A stretch of 64,000 nt of DNA from Perna viridis (taxonomy: Eukaryota): the NCBI GenBank assembly GCA_037379345.1, contig CM074519.1, forward strand, positions 41,584,851 through 41,648,850. The letters run 5' to 3'. Position numbers and translations under genes: made by a program. Shown in pieces: positions 37,801-50,589 of the stretch. Numbering within the stretch: position 1 is the first letter of the stretch; each line of letters starts with the position of its first letter. A model generated the notes under the pieces. The model was not told the origin of the DNA. It searched no databases and worked only from the letters and a program-made list of their open reading frames with translations.

Positions 37801-40065
37801 CAAACCAATGGGACTTGCATGCACACAAGTCTTACATAAAGTTTGGGAAACACTGCAAAGATGAATATAGCACTGTACTTTGAATAGCTATCAATTTTAG
37901 CAGTGTGCTCTGAAGATCTGAAAATCATTCAGTTTGATTTCCGTAGAAGTGCTGTCCTATAATAATTGAAGAAGCTAAATGATCTGTATAATGCCAGTAA
38001 GCACATTATTATTCCAAATTACATGGGGAAAATTCCAATTTTAGTTTATACATTGTGATTATCACATTAACAATGCATGCAATTAGAGGTAACTAAAATT
38101 TTTGTGAAATGTGTTTTAAAATACCTTAAGACAGAATGATTTATAATATATTTACATAAAATAATTTATATACATGTACATGTACCAACCTTGGGTTCCA
38201 TATCCACCATAACAGCTCTAGCTCTTGGGAGATCTGACTTTACATCTGTATCAAAGAATGTAGTGGTAACATCATTAATGTATTCCTCGTTCTGATTTGG
38301 TGGTACCTGAAACAAAATGTGTTTAAAATGATCAAGTAGAACAAAACTTGGAGCTTTATACACTGTACATGTATATACATGTGTACATTGTATTCCACAT
38401 AGTGTACTGTGTATCAAAACCTCAAAACAATGAGGATCTTATTATAATGTAGGTCAATGTATATGAACAAGCCTATGGTTTGGAACATACATGCACATGT
38501 ATCAGTATGTTAAACCACCTCTAAACAAATACATGTATGTACAATGTGCAATGTACAAAATTCACCCCATTTTCAGACATTATTTTAAGTGTAACTCTTC
38601 TACATATAGAAACTACGAGATCAGGAACACAACTCTGAAATCATTAGTTTGTTAGCATGAAGTGTGATAAATGTTACTGGTGGAAGAATTTATTTCCCCT
38701 ATTAAAAAAAGTTCTATAGATTAAATTGAAATTCATTAGAATTTAAACTGGACTTAATCACTCACAAACATCAGGATATTGGCCCAGTTTATACAGAATT
38801 TAATTCTATGACAATAAAGACAGACATATGATGATTAATCTTACCATGGTATGGATAGGCTTCATGTGTAAACATATGATTTATCTGACCATGGTATGGA
38901 CAGGCTTCATGTGTAAACATATGATTTGTCTTACCATGGTATTGATAGGCTTCATATGTCTTACCATAGTATGGATAGGTTTCATGTGTAAACATATTAT
39001 GATGTGTCTTACCATGGTATGGATAGGCTTCATGTGTAAATATATGATGATTTGTCTTACCATGGTATTGATAGGCTTCATATGTCTGACCATGGTATGG
39101 ATAGGTTTCATGTGTAAACATATTATGATGTGTCTTACCATGGTATTGATAGGCTTCATGTGTAAACATAAGATGATTTGTCTTACCATGGTATTGATAG
39201 GCTTCGTGTGTAAACATAAGATGATTTGTCTTACCATGGTATGGATAGGCTTCGTGCGTAAACATGATTTATCTGACCATGGTATTGATAGGCTTTGTGT
39301 GTAAACATAAGATGAAATTTCTTACCATGGTATTGATAGGCTTCATATGTCTTACCATGGTATGGATAGGCTTCATGTGTAAACATATTATGATGTGTCT
39401 TACCATGGTATGGATAGGCTTCATGTGTAAAGATATGATGATTTGTCTTACCATGGTATTGATAGGCTTCATGTGTAAAGATATGATGATTTGTCTGACC
39501 ATGGTATTGATAGGCTTCATGTGTAAACATATGATGATTTGTCTGACCATGGTATTGATAGGCTTCGTGTGTAAACATATGATGATTTGTCTTACCATGG
39601 TATTGATAGGCTTCATGTGTAAACATATGATGATTTGTCTGACCATGGTATTGATAAGCTTCATGTGTAAACATATGATGATTTGTCTGACCATGGTATT
39701 GATAGGCTTCGTGTGTAAACATATGATTTGTCTTACCATGGTATTGATAGGCTTCATGTGTAAACACATGATGATTTGTCTTACCATGGTATTGATAGGC
39801 TTCATATGTCTTACTATGGTATGGATAGGTTTCATGTGTAAACATATTATGATGTGTCTTACCATGGTATGGATAGGCTATATGTGTAAACATATGATGA
39901 TTTGTCTTACCATGGTATTGATAGGCTTCGTGTGTAAACATACATGAAGATTTGTCTTACCATGGTATGGATAGGCTTCATGTGTATATCTTCCATAAGA
40001 GATTGAAACATTTGTCCACCAATCTGATTACCACATTGTCCTAATTGTAAGGTAATCACAGACAT
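34823..40065 (-). CDS. TUBD1: Tubulin delta chain, 448 aa, 5 coding exons
   Basis: Exons 40065-39961, 38306-38190, 37252-36697, 35888-35724 and 35226-34823 (1347 nt, phases consistent). [77 protein letters not shown] are delta-type signatures. Acceptor at 40084-40083 implies an upstream 5' UTR exon. Confidence 0.95.
36406..36617. mobile_element. Kolobok-type MITE (212 bp) in a TUBD1 intron
   Basis: TTAA TSD on both sides (36402-36405, 36618-36621), GG…CC termini, ~32-bp TIRs GGAGGTAGTCCTAGGGGTAAGGGACATAACTCT / AGAGTTATGTCCCTTATCCTAGGTCTACTTCC. Confidence 0.8.
38826..39985 (-). repeat. Minisatellite of 26 units (mostly 48 bp, also 45 and 30) built from the TUBD1 first-coding-exon end plus its 5' splice site
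   Basis: Minus-strand unit CACATGAAGCCTATCAATACCATG|GTAAGACAAATCATCATATGTTTA; the outermost copy is the true exon end (…[10 protein letters not shown]|GT). Confidence 0.95.
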
Positions 40066-42140
40066 TCTTCTATCTCCAAACACTGAAATTTATCAAAGTC
40101 CTTAAGGATATTTGGAGCTATTCTTTCATCAGCAGTTACATTTGTAAGTTCAGCAGTATAATATTCATGTGTACTTGTCACAGAGTGTGATCATTTTCTT
40201 ACGATGTACCATCTATGAGAAGTTTTTAAAATTTTCTTCTGTACTTTCAAATCAATATATTCTATCTGTAGCTTCTTGTTAGACAACTACGTATATGTTA
40301 GTGACTTAACACATGTACAATGTTAATACAGAAGTAACTTGTATGCGTGTACAATATAACTTCTTAATTCTTGTATAACTTGAACAGCTGTACAATACTG
40401 CAACCAAAACAACAGTTCATGTCAGTTGTGGCTAGGGTTATCATTTATAACTGCACTACATCTTTCTACAGAATGACCTAAAAAATAAATATAAAGAAAT
40501 TCAATAGCCCAAGTATGCTTGCAAGGTAACTGAACATTCCCTGTAAGGAGTTATTAATTTGTTTTGTCACTAAATAAAGGGTAATAAATCATTAGTAAGA
40601 AAAAATGGATTGATACACATGTACCTCTTAATTTATTTTTCAAGGGCCAAATTCATGAAGTATATACACATGTTTTGTGTATAAAGTATACATACAATGT
40701 ATTAAATACATATAGGTACATATATTAGGTAAGTTAGGAATATATATGATAAGTTTTATACTATGCATGTACATGTAGTAATCCTATATTATTGAGCACA
40801 CTACATTTACATGTTCTTGAACTGCCAGAACTACAAATGTACATTTGTATGCAGCTATCACTGCCAATACACTTGGAAGAATTCCTGTTTTTCTTGAAAT
40901 GCTTTTATGATACATATAGGCTGAAACAATTGCAAATAAATATAAAGTAATTACCCATACACCATTTTTTGGTGAATCTTCCAGTGAATAAAATCATCCT
41001 GCACGTCAGTATAAGTAGTTTATTAAAAAAATCACCGGAAACATAATAATTTGTCTTTTAACTTGATACTGGTAATCAATAAAAACTGATCCAAAATATG
41101 GCAACTAGGTGAATAAAATCTTGTCACTTTATCTTAATGGAGACATTAAACAAATTCTGATCACATCATCAGGGTAGCACTGGCATTTCATAAAATATCA
41201 CGACGCAGGTGCCCAAGTGGCATCTACAGTACCTGGATCAATGGTGAAGTCCACATTACACTAATAGAAACAAAAAAAATGTTCAGATCAAAAATCTAAA
41301 TATCAGGTGAACAGGGGAGTTAGTGATTATAACATTCTTCACAAGTATCATAAATTCCATCAAGCAGTTTAGGAAGAGTATAGGATACAACAAACAGGCT
41401 GACTAAAGGATCAATGAATGTTCTTCCTGATCATGATGAATAATACATGTGTATGGTATATAATAGTGGACGGCCTCATAAAGTTTAACCTGATGTTACA
41501 AGCACTGCGAGCTTGATATCAGGAAGTTAACCTGTTAAAACCAAGGATTTTTATAAGTTTTATTATTGAAACCAAGATTTAAAGTGAGTAATTATTTTCC
41601 AAGTTATTAACACTTCGACAACTATGAAGAAGTAGGGTCTACATAATTGGACTAGCCAAATGTACAGTGTATATATGTACATGTAATGTACATGTACATT
41701 TGTAATATGTATCGTACATTTCGTATGTTCAGAGAGTACTGTCTGTTGCTAGTCCAAATAATTATGCCGTGTTGGGAGGCTAAGTCTTATTTTGCATTGT
41801 CGCCTCCTTTCGACGTCACTGAGTCATAAATGATAAACATCAGGTTTAAAAAATAAATGCCTCAACGAATATCATTATCTGGACTATACTCGAGTATAGT
41901 TCGTTGTCAGTAACGTTAGTTTAAACTTTGTAAAATACATGTAGGAATACATGCCAGAGACATGTAAAGGAAAAAACGATTATTTGCGTGTACAAGTGTG
42001 CCTTCTCGACAAGAAATGTCTTGTTTTATACCAAGATCCTGGAAGTCTGTTCTGTAAGATGAATGTCAAACAGGTCTCAAAAATGTTTCGAAGTAACGGC
42101 GACACAATGTATCAAGCATCCCATTGATCTTGATTTATCC

Positions 42141-42152
42141 AATATGGCCGCC
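42141..42152 (+). promoter_or_regulatory. YY1-like motif overlapping the MRPL50 start codon
   Basis: AATATGGCCGCC resembles the AANATGGCGGC consensus, which commonly overlaps start codons of housekeeping genes. Confidence 0.45.
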
Positions 42153-45100
42153 TCCATGAGAACAAAATGTTCTATCATGAAAAATTTGTCATTTCAATCT
42201 TTCAATCAATTTACGGTAACATTATGCTAAACAGAAAACATACATGTTAAATTGACATTATTCTACCAACAGTCAAAACCTTTAAATTAATTAAGACGCA
42301 CTCAAAAACTGTATGTAAATTGGACGATCTAATGCATTTTTAACTTAAAATCTAAGTCGATAGTATTGTTAGCGAGTTCTTGCACTCGTAATTTCAGTAC
42401 TGTACATTTATATATGATTTGCTTAATTATATATTACTGCACCACATTAAAACCATCAATGCTAGCTTCAGAGGAGGTCAAAATGTACCTCTTAAACACC
42501 TTACGTGTACATGTGTTTTTTACTTGTATGAGAGCTGGAAGTTTACATTAAAAGATGAAATGATCATTTAGCATTGAACTGTCTGTAACCATAGAAACAC
42601 CTATTCGCCAAGTTGTATCCGGGTCATCATAGTTACAAAGTCACCTAATAGTAAATAGAGCATATCGCAACTTCACTTTAAGTCTGCCAACCTTAACCGA
42701 TCAATGAATTGTTGTACATTTATGACACAACAAAGTTCAAAATTCAATATTGAAATTGGTACATATAAAACATTATAACACAAGCTCTAATGACCTTTTA
42801 AAATCAACATTAACTTTGAAATGCACTAAAATGGCAAGTACATGTATAAATCATTTTCAGAAAAAGAATACACTTACTTTGCAATCGACCTATAATATTC
42901 CAAGATTCAGCTCACTAAAATTTGTGATTTTTTAAATTCTGAACCAAGTCCATACATTGAGCGAATAATTGGTGGAGAGTGAACAAGGGTAACAAAGTTC
43001 TAGCGGAAATCAATTTAAGAATGTAATCCAGGAACAAAAACCAGACAAGGAAAACAGACAAACACGACAAAAAACATAAAGTAAACAAAATAATACATAC
43101 AAAGTAACAAAAGTAAATGAGTAACTCAGACCCCACTAAAAACTCTGTGCATGGACCAGGTGCACCGGTAGGGTAAGTGTCCTCTACTTTTCTAGAAACC
43201 TCCGCTGAATTGCTTATAACATGACAAGTCCGGAGTAGAGTAAAGAGGAAAGAAAAACTATGACATGTTGAACAAATCAAATTTCATGGTGCAAATGGTC
43301 GTAATGATGTTTAGTAGACTATTGAATTCATCTGGATGTTGAAAGTCTGTGGCATAGAATATTTTACAGTTAGTGATTTTGAAGACTTAAGTCTTGGTTT
43401 ATGAAAAGTCCTGTCCTTTATTTGGCATAATGTTATAGGTGTGATTATTATACATGTAGTATGAAAATTTAATTTTCATTTCAATTTGAATAATTTTTAC
43501 AAGAAAATCTCTGAATGTACATGTACATGTATCTATACATTTCTACTCATCAGACCAAGGCTGTTGAACCCTTTTTTTATTGGCAGTTCCAGAAAATCTA
43601 AGGTGTAATGTATGCATTTGCACTCAACAATACACTATTTTCATAAATTTTTCAAGTTGAAAAGGGGGCCTGGATCCGCCATGTTTTTTCTCAGGGATTC
43701 ACAGTGAAATTTTGAAAATGTTGATTTTAACAATCATGTTACAAATGTAAGTTTGGGTGATGAAAACTTGTAAATGTACATTGTTTGTACAGTTAGACCT
43801 ACTTTCTACATTTCTGTCAATCTTTTAATTTCATTGACTTGTTTTGTAATACTTTTGTATTTTCAGATATTAGTGCGAACAGGTTTCTTTGATAGGTTTA
43901 GGAAGAAAGAACTTGATTTTGAGGAGGAGATGAGGAAGGAGCCTGTAACTTTTAAGGATAACTTAAAGGGACTTAAGAAACGATCGTAAGTCTTCCAAGA
44001 TTGAAGATGGAAAGCTGGTTCACACATGCATGTATAGTACCTCCACAAATATGGGCAATGACCATTTTGATCCATCATCGATTATTTTTCTGTTTTTCAA
44101 AAGATAAAAATTATTTAAACATTAAAAAAATTTGAATTATATTTAATTTTTATATAAGCAGTTGTACAAAATCAAAGTGTATTTTTTTTTAAACACTGAA
44201 TTAAGTTTAAATTGACCTTTTTCTAACAAAAATCTTAAACTACATGTAATTTGTATTGATCATCTGTTATTTTTTATAACTCAGCCATGATCAGAATGGT
44301 CACTGGTCATTGATTTTGACAACTGTGGATATGAATAGATTTTTTGTTTTGGTCAAACACAGCTTCTTAAAAAAAAACATCTTTGAACTGAGTAATGTGT
44401 CCTTCTTTACATCAAAATAACAATACAAATTTACTTAAGACATAAATTATAAATATTCTATTAATTTTAAACCACCTTGTACCTCTAGAATTAAAAACAA
44501 ACAACAAATTTATGGTATGCAGTCAAACTTCGATAAGTTGAAAGGACCAGGCAAAAATGTTATAGTTATCCAAAGATGAAGTCAGCTGAGGTCAAGTATA
44601 ACCCGGAAACGATTGACGATTTTTCGTCTAGCACATTACTTCATTTACCAGAGTACTTATTTTCATGCAGTGTATCGACTGATCGGAAATTTCAAGTTAT
44701 TCAAGGTTTCTATTCATCTGAGTTCATGTCATCAAATGTAAAACTGTGTCGGGGTAAGGGAAGTTTTAGCAGGACTGTCAGATGACTTAGAGTTATCCAC
44801 GATTTCGACTCTCCCATGTGCGACACATAAAGTTTCGTCTGTAATTGTAATATTGTAATGATATTTGTTCAGTTTTCATGTGCTAAATAAATTGCCCCCA
44901 TCTCAGAGATTTGACCCCTCCCCCTTTTGTATCAATACTGATGTATATTGAAACAAATTGATGTATTACAGGGGAATACAAACAGTAAGAGGATACAAGC
45001 CAGCTGACGATGTAGAAGAAAAAATTGAGGCAATTGCCATGGAAATGTTTGGTAACCATGGTGATTGGAGGTCAAATTCCTTAGAAGACAGAAAACAGAA

Positions 45101-47091
45101 GTTCAAGGTACATTTCTTTTATGTTGTGTCAGTGAGAATGAAAGTCGTGGTTATAATCAAAGACAGACCAGAAACCTACGAATTTATGTTGTATACTAGA
45201 AACTGAAAATGAGTTTAAGATTTACCCGATACCATTTAAATTGGGAGCAAGAATTTGTGCTTTGGTAGTTGAAGCATCTGATTTTCATGAAAGAGTAATC
45301 AAGGGAACCAAGGTTCTAGTGGTAATCAAAAGAATGCAATCCAGGGACAAAGACCAGACATGAAAAAAGACATACACAACAAAGAACATAAAGTAACTAA
45401 AATAATACAAATATAGTAACAAAAGCAAATGAGCAACTCAGACTCCACTAAAAACTGGGAGCATGGACCAGGTGTACTAGTATGGTAAGTGTCCTTTGCT
45501 TTTCTAGAAACACCCGCCAAGTTGCTCGTAAGAAGTCAAGTCAGGGGTAGTCAAAAGAGGAAAGGAAAACTATGACACGCTGAACAAATTAGTTTTCATG
45601 GTGCAGACCCATACACCACAACGATCCATGAGTTCATGATGATGACCATAGAACTTCTGTAGTGATCACAACTCATGTGTTATGCCAGAGCTTGCTGAAA
45701 CTACGCAGACTTTTTGTATCATGCTAGAACTCTAACAAATAGACTTCTGGAACAGGGTTATGTTGCTACGAGATTGAAGTCATCACTACAGAAGTTTCAT
45801 GGTCGTCATCATGAAATTGGGGATCATTATGGTGTATCCTTATGCACCATGAAAACTGATTTATTCAACGTGTCATAGTTTTTCTTTCCTCGGTTGTCTA
45901 CCCTGGACTCGTCTTTTTATGAGTAACTCGGCGGGTGTTTCTAGAAAAGCAGAGGACACTTACCCTACCGGTGCACCTGGTCCATGTTCCCAGTTTTTAG
46001 TGGAGTTCGAGTTGCTCATTTGCTTTTGTTACTTTGTATGTATGATTTTAGTTACTTCATGTTCTTTGTTGTGTATGTCTGTTTTCCATGTCTGGTCTTT
46101 GTCCCTGGATTGCATTGTTTTGCTAACCGCGATAACCTTGGTTCCCTTGATTACTCTATCACATTTGTTGTAATGTTTGGTCAATATTTTTTCCTTACCA
46201 TCAATTTCTTAGTGTAGGTCAAGATATGAGGCTGACTTCACAGTGTCTGTAATATCCTTTATCTCAAGTTCTTTGTGGTAGATGCGATGTATCAAATCCC
46301 TGAAATTCTCTTAGCTTGTTAGCCACCACGCTTAGTTTCAGGACAATGTATTTTTAATTGTAAAATACTCATTTGTCTAGTGTACTTCATATGCATTGGA
46401 CAACATAGATCTTAAAACAAAATCAGTAACTAATGATCAAAATCCTTATTGATCTTATTCACATGTTTTAAAGGACCATCCTATCCTCAGAATTCAATTG
46501 ACAACTCCAGAACTTTCAGCATAAATCAAATTAAAATCCACACCAATAGGTCTGAATAATTACTATTACATGTCATTGAAGACCTTGTGGTGACCTGTAG
46601 AAGTTTGGTCCTTGCTTGACTTTTTAAATAATGCTTACAAAGAGAGAGAACTCAATTTTAACGTTTTAATGACCTCTTTACTTTGGTAGTACTTATATAA
46701 GACATTTAATACAAACATTCAGTACTAAGTTAAAGGGTTTGACTTATCCACATATTACCATATCACTGTATTTATGTTATTGTAGTTCCTGACAAGATGC
46801 CAGAAAGATTTTGATCACCAGATAACTAATATGGACCTGAATTCCATGAATCAGGTTGGTGATGTTGTGCAGTACTTTTTAACAGAAATCAAAGACTCGT
46901 GTGCTTATGAGGATATCAGTAAACTGAATTTACCAAGAAATCTAAATATAAACTTGGAATACTCGAATGTTCGGAGACCAAATGATCCAGAACCAGATAT
47001 TAAAGACTATGTAGAAGAGGTCACTGACCCGAAATATAAGAGGAAATATAAATCCCATTATAACAAAGAGTTAGAGGTTCAACAGTATTAG
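42144..47091 (+). CDS. MRPL50: Mitochondrial ribosomal protein mL50, 210 aa, 4 exons
   Basis: Exons 42144-42215, 43867-43985, 44972-45107 and 46786-47091 (633 nt, phases consistent). Presequence-like MAASMRTK start; motifs YKPADDVEEKI, WRSNSLEDRKQKFKFLTRC..FDHQITNMDLNSM..VGDVVQYF, LPRNLNI. Confidence 0.85.
42585..42598. promoter_or_regulatory. RFX X-box motif, candidate TUBD1 promoter element inside MRPL50 intron 1
   Basis: GTAACCATAGAAAC fits GTHNYYATRRNAAC; the link to TUBD1 is inference. Confidence 0.45.
42976..43310 (-). mobile_element. Penelope-like family A 3' fragment (MRPL50 intron 1)
   Basis: Contains the family 3' UTR (GGACCAGGTGCACCGGTAGGGTAAG) and the RT stop region. Confidence 0.8.
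44520..44842. mobile_element. Degenerate Tc1/pogo-type MITE (MRPL50 intron 2)
   Basis: Termini CAGTCAAACTTCG … AAGTTTCGTCTG-TA with repeated AGTTATCCA subterminal motifs. Confidence 0.5.
45292..46158. mobile_element. Inverted pair of Penelope-like family A 3' fragments (minus 45292-45665, plus 45666-46158) in MRPL50 intron 3
   Basis: Both outer ends are the family terminus GGTTCCCTTGATTACTCT; the copies abut at their truncated 5' ends. Confidence 0.88.
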
Positions 47092-48259
47092 TTTATTATA
47101 GTTGTATGTATATTATTAAATCATGATGTATATAACATTATGGTGTTGAATTGTTTTTAAAGTCTTGTCAAGCTTTTTCAAATGGGGTCACTGTGTGAAA
47201 GTGAAATGCCATTATTTCGCTCAGTGTTGTATTTTTTTTTAAATTATAGTTAAATTATAAAATTAAGCTTCCATTATAAGATTAAGCTAATCACAAAAAA
47301 TTTTCTCTTCCAAATTATCACTTATGTTCGGTGACAGAAAATTGGAATTTAGAACACTGCTGCATATCATTTCTTCAGCTGTATGGAAACTTAAGTCAAT
47401 TTTAGCACAGAGAATAAACAGCAGAGAAAGCTTACTTTAACAAAGCACTGGTTCTTGCTGCATGTTTTTGTACTGGGTCGCTCATTTATTTGAAATACAT
47501 GTCAATGAATATTTTTGCCTCCAAATTCCTTCACTCCTTAGAAAGAATGAATTTTTCGTAGATTCAGTTTTGAATTAAATAGCTCCCCTCACTAAATAGT
47601 CATTTGATATTGGAGTCTAATTGTGATAAATCCAAGGTATAATAAATAAAAATAAATACATGTAAACTGGTTCTAGTTATAGGCCAGGTGTAAAACATAA
47701 ACCCTTGCTCATCACTGAATCCAGCAAATAGAAATACATGTAATGATATATTACATATTTAATGTTAGTTTCTTTTATTCTGACAATGGAATGCATAGAT
47801 ACTTCTCAGCACTCTCCCATGTGAGCTATGCTCAGTTCCTTTGCTTGTGGGTTTGCCAACTTTGATCTGAAAGTAAATCCGTTCAATTAGTTATAAATTT
47901 ATTCAAATATGTCTGTTTAATTGTTATGCTAGAGTTTTAACCTATTGAGGCTGTTTTAAAAATATGGGATTTTTCTAAAATTCAACTGCTTTATATCAGT
48001 AGATGTGTCCCGGATGGTAGTTTACCAATTCTTCTGTTACCCAACCCCATTCCCCAATGGTACCAAGAGGCAAACACAATGATAAAACATGCACAAAAGA
48101 CCAAAAGAAAAAATGGTCCAGAGCTATTCAATTGAATTTCATCTGGGATAACATATCTAACTAGACTAAGGTTGTGGAGTTCTAAATCTTGAAAATTGAA
48201 ATAGTGGTAATTTATCCAAGGCTTGTAAATGTCCTCCAAACACAGCAAGATATATATGT

Positions 48260-49685
48260 TCAGGTGCTATTGTTCCCAGTTATTCCGGTTCCCATTTCAC
48301 TGGAATTTGCCAAAATCATTGTTTTTTTGAATAAATGTAATATTGTTCAACAAATGATACATACAACGAGAATACGTCAAAGAGACAACAACCCCACCGG
48401 GATGAAAATGTCATGACCACTTATTGGTCTTCAATGAACGAAGAGGGAATCTTCACACCACAGGGCATGCTGAACCTGGACACTGTACCTCGCTCATCCA
48501 TTTCAATGGGACTCATATATTTAATACATACTCGCATTTTCCAGCTTCATAAGCGCATACGTTTCCATAAGTTCTTCCATCAGACCCACAGACAGGATCA
48601 TAGTTCATAGGGCACATTTTCAAACAGCTGTGACTGTCTGCAGCCAATACTGGAATGGATGAAAAAAATAGAACAATTACAGTAGAAAACAAGATGTCGC
48701 ACTCTTAAGGTGAAGGTGAAAAGCAAGGAACTTGGAAAAAGCACAGTACAAGTCAGTATGGAAAAACGATATACTAAATATAAGCATTTCCTCAAATAGA
48801 AATAAATAAATCTGTTACGATCTGGTCCATTACAACATACACCTAAATAATTACCAAGGTATACTGTAATCAGGAAGTAGTTAATAATAAGCGACAAACC
48901 TGGAAAGCAGAAGCACAATACAAGTCAGTATGCAAAAGCAATATATCAAATATCTAAGCATTTTCCCCAATAGAAGCTGAGAAATCTGTTATGAAAATGT
49001 ATATAACGTATTTCCTTCTTAGAAATAATTAGTAAATCGTACGTTAAACAGAATAAAAGATGAACCTGGAGGCACGCCTACGGTACCAGTTAATTATCTT
49101 GGCAAAAGCTTTATACCAAACTATATTTAGTGTTACACAATAGAAGCTGAAAAATCTGTCACAAAACGATGATGCATAGCGGACGGATAGACAAGTTGAT
49201 TGCAAAATGAAAGCCACCACTCTAATGAGCAGGAGTATGTAACGGTAATGAGAGGACTACAACAAATGCAGAAAAAGAGTAAAATACAACACATATCTAA
49301 ACAAATTAAGATATCAATGAAGTAAATAGGTACATGTATATGTATACTCTCATCAATAAGGCATTTTAGATTGCTGTGAACATCTTAAAACGCAACTTGC
49401 ACTCACTATCAAATGGCTATTTTTTAGCTTTTTGTTTGATGATTTTAAGGAAATATATCTTTTTATAAATATGATTTTGAACATTGACAACTTTTTAAGT
49501 GCAGTTCATTTCTGCGTGAATCCTATTAGTAATAATCATGCAAACAAACGGTATTTGTGACCATAACAAATTAACAAGAGAAAAAAATTGAGTCGAGGAA
49601 CACGACGATATTTAAGATACGGAATAAATGAGTTATTTTTTTTACCTGCTCCAACGATACACAAAACAAGGAAAAAAAACTTCAT
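48260..49685 (-). CDS. Secreted single-domain Kazal-type serine protease inhibitor (~65 aa), P1 = Met; possibly a truncated allele or pseudogene
   Basis: Exon 49685-49646 signal peptide [13 protein letters not shown]; exon 48649-48532 [39 protein letters not shown] (Kazal motif); candidate exon 48299-48260 [13 protein letters not shown]. Phases are consistent; exon 3 is less certain. Confidence 0.8.
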
Positions 49686-50589
49686 GTCCGTTTCAGGCTG
49701 TATCTAGAGTAATACAATAATAGCAACTGGTAAAACCTGGACTGATAACACCTCTCGCATATGTTTGTTCTCACGGTATCAAAGGTTGCAATTGTGCATG
49801 ATTAAAATGTTATTTACACCACCAATAAAACATTAATAGATTTTACAATCTGATTATCAACTGTAAAATTAACTCTAGATTTGTGAAAATTCAACCAATG
49901 GTAGTGACCAGGTAGAAGTAATAGCCATATAGGGAATATTAAGCGTGATTGAGGTTATTTTCTTCATAGGTCGAACAAATTTTCCTTATAATTTAATTTT
50001 AGTATCAAAATTAAACAAGTAAATCACCAAATAAAGTTGATGACGTCACAGTCACGCAAAATTTGAAATATGAGATTATGGACATTTTGTATCCAATCAG
50101 AAAGCATGTTACTTCTGAAATTAAATTATTTGAGTTTAAATAAAAACAAAACAAACAAGACGTGCTTTTGGTTGTGAAATGTCATGATCTATTCTAAATG
50201 TCAAAAGCCCCTCTAAGAATATACCTAAAGCACATGGTTTCTTTTTTTGTTTATATTTTAAAGGAGCTATTTCTTTCACGTGAGCACTCGATCCTACACA
50301 TTTGTTTTATTTATCCATTCATGGTCCCTCAGGGAGCATTTATATTCAATATTAATATCTATCAGATGGCATAATAAGACATTACATAATAAAACAAGAT
50401 AAAGACATAACATGTTATTTAATATTCGTGTAGCACAATAGATGTATCTTTTGTATATTTGTAGTCCAGGCGAGATGAGATGTCTTACAAGTTTTCCAAC
50501 ATTAAATAAATACATGTATGTTTACCTTATGTTAACATTTTGCATTAGGGGGTAAACGTGTAGATTTTCTGTTGATATCAATGGTTTTT

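Noticed and set aside
38789-39947. Six long ORFs on both strands (His/Tyr-rich, Met/Ile/Cys-rich)
   Set aside because: By-products of a tandem repeat whose units are mostly multiples of three; they lie in the TUBD1 intron and have no independent gene signals.
6640-39985. Regularly spaced repeats as possible CRISPR arrays
   Set aside because: Units are contiguous or separated by related sequence, with no unique spacers and no cas genes, in a eukaryotic context.
47991-48248. 85-aa ORF with a hydrophobic stretch, considered as a transmembrane last exon of the CARD-Ig gene
   Set aside because: The CARD-Ig model stops at 53287 and the Kazal gene intervenes; most likely Kazal 3' UTR.
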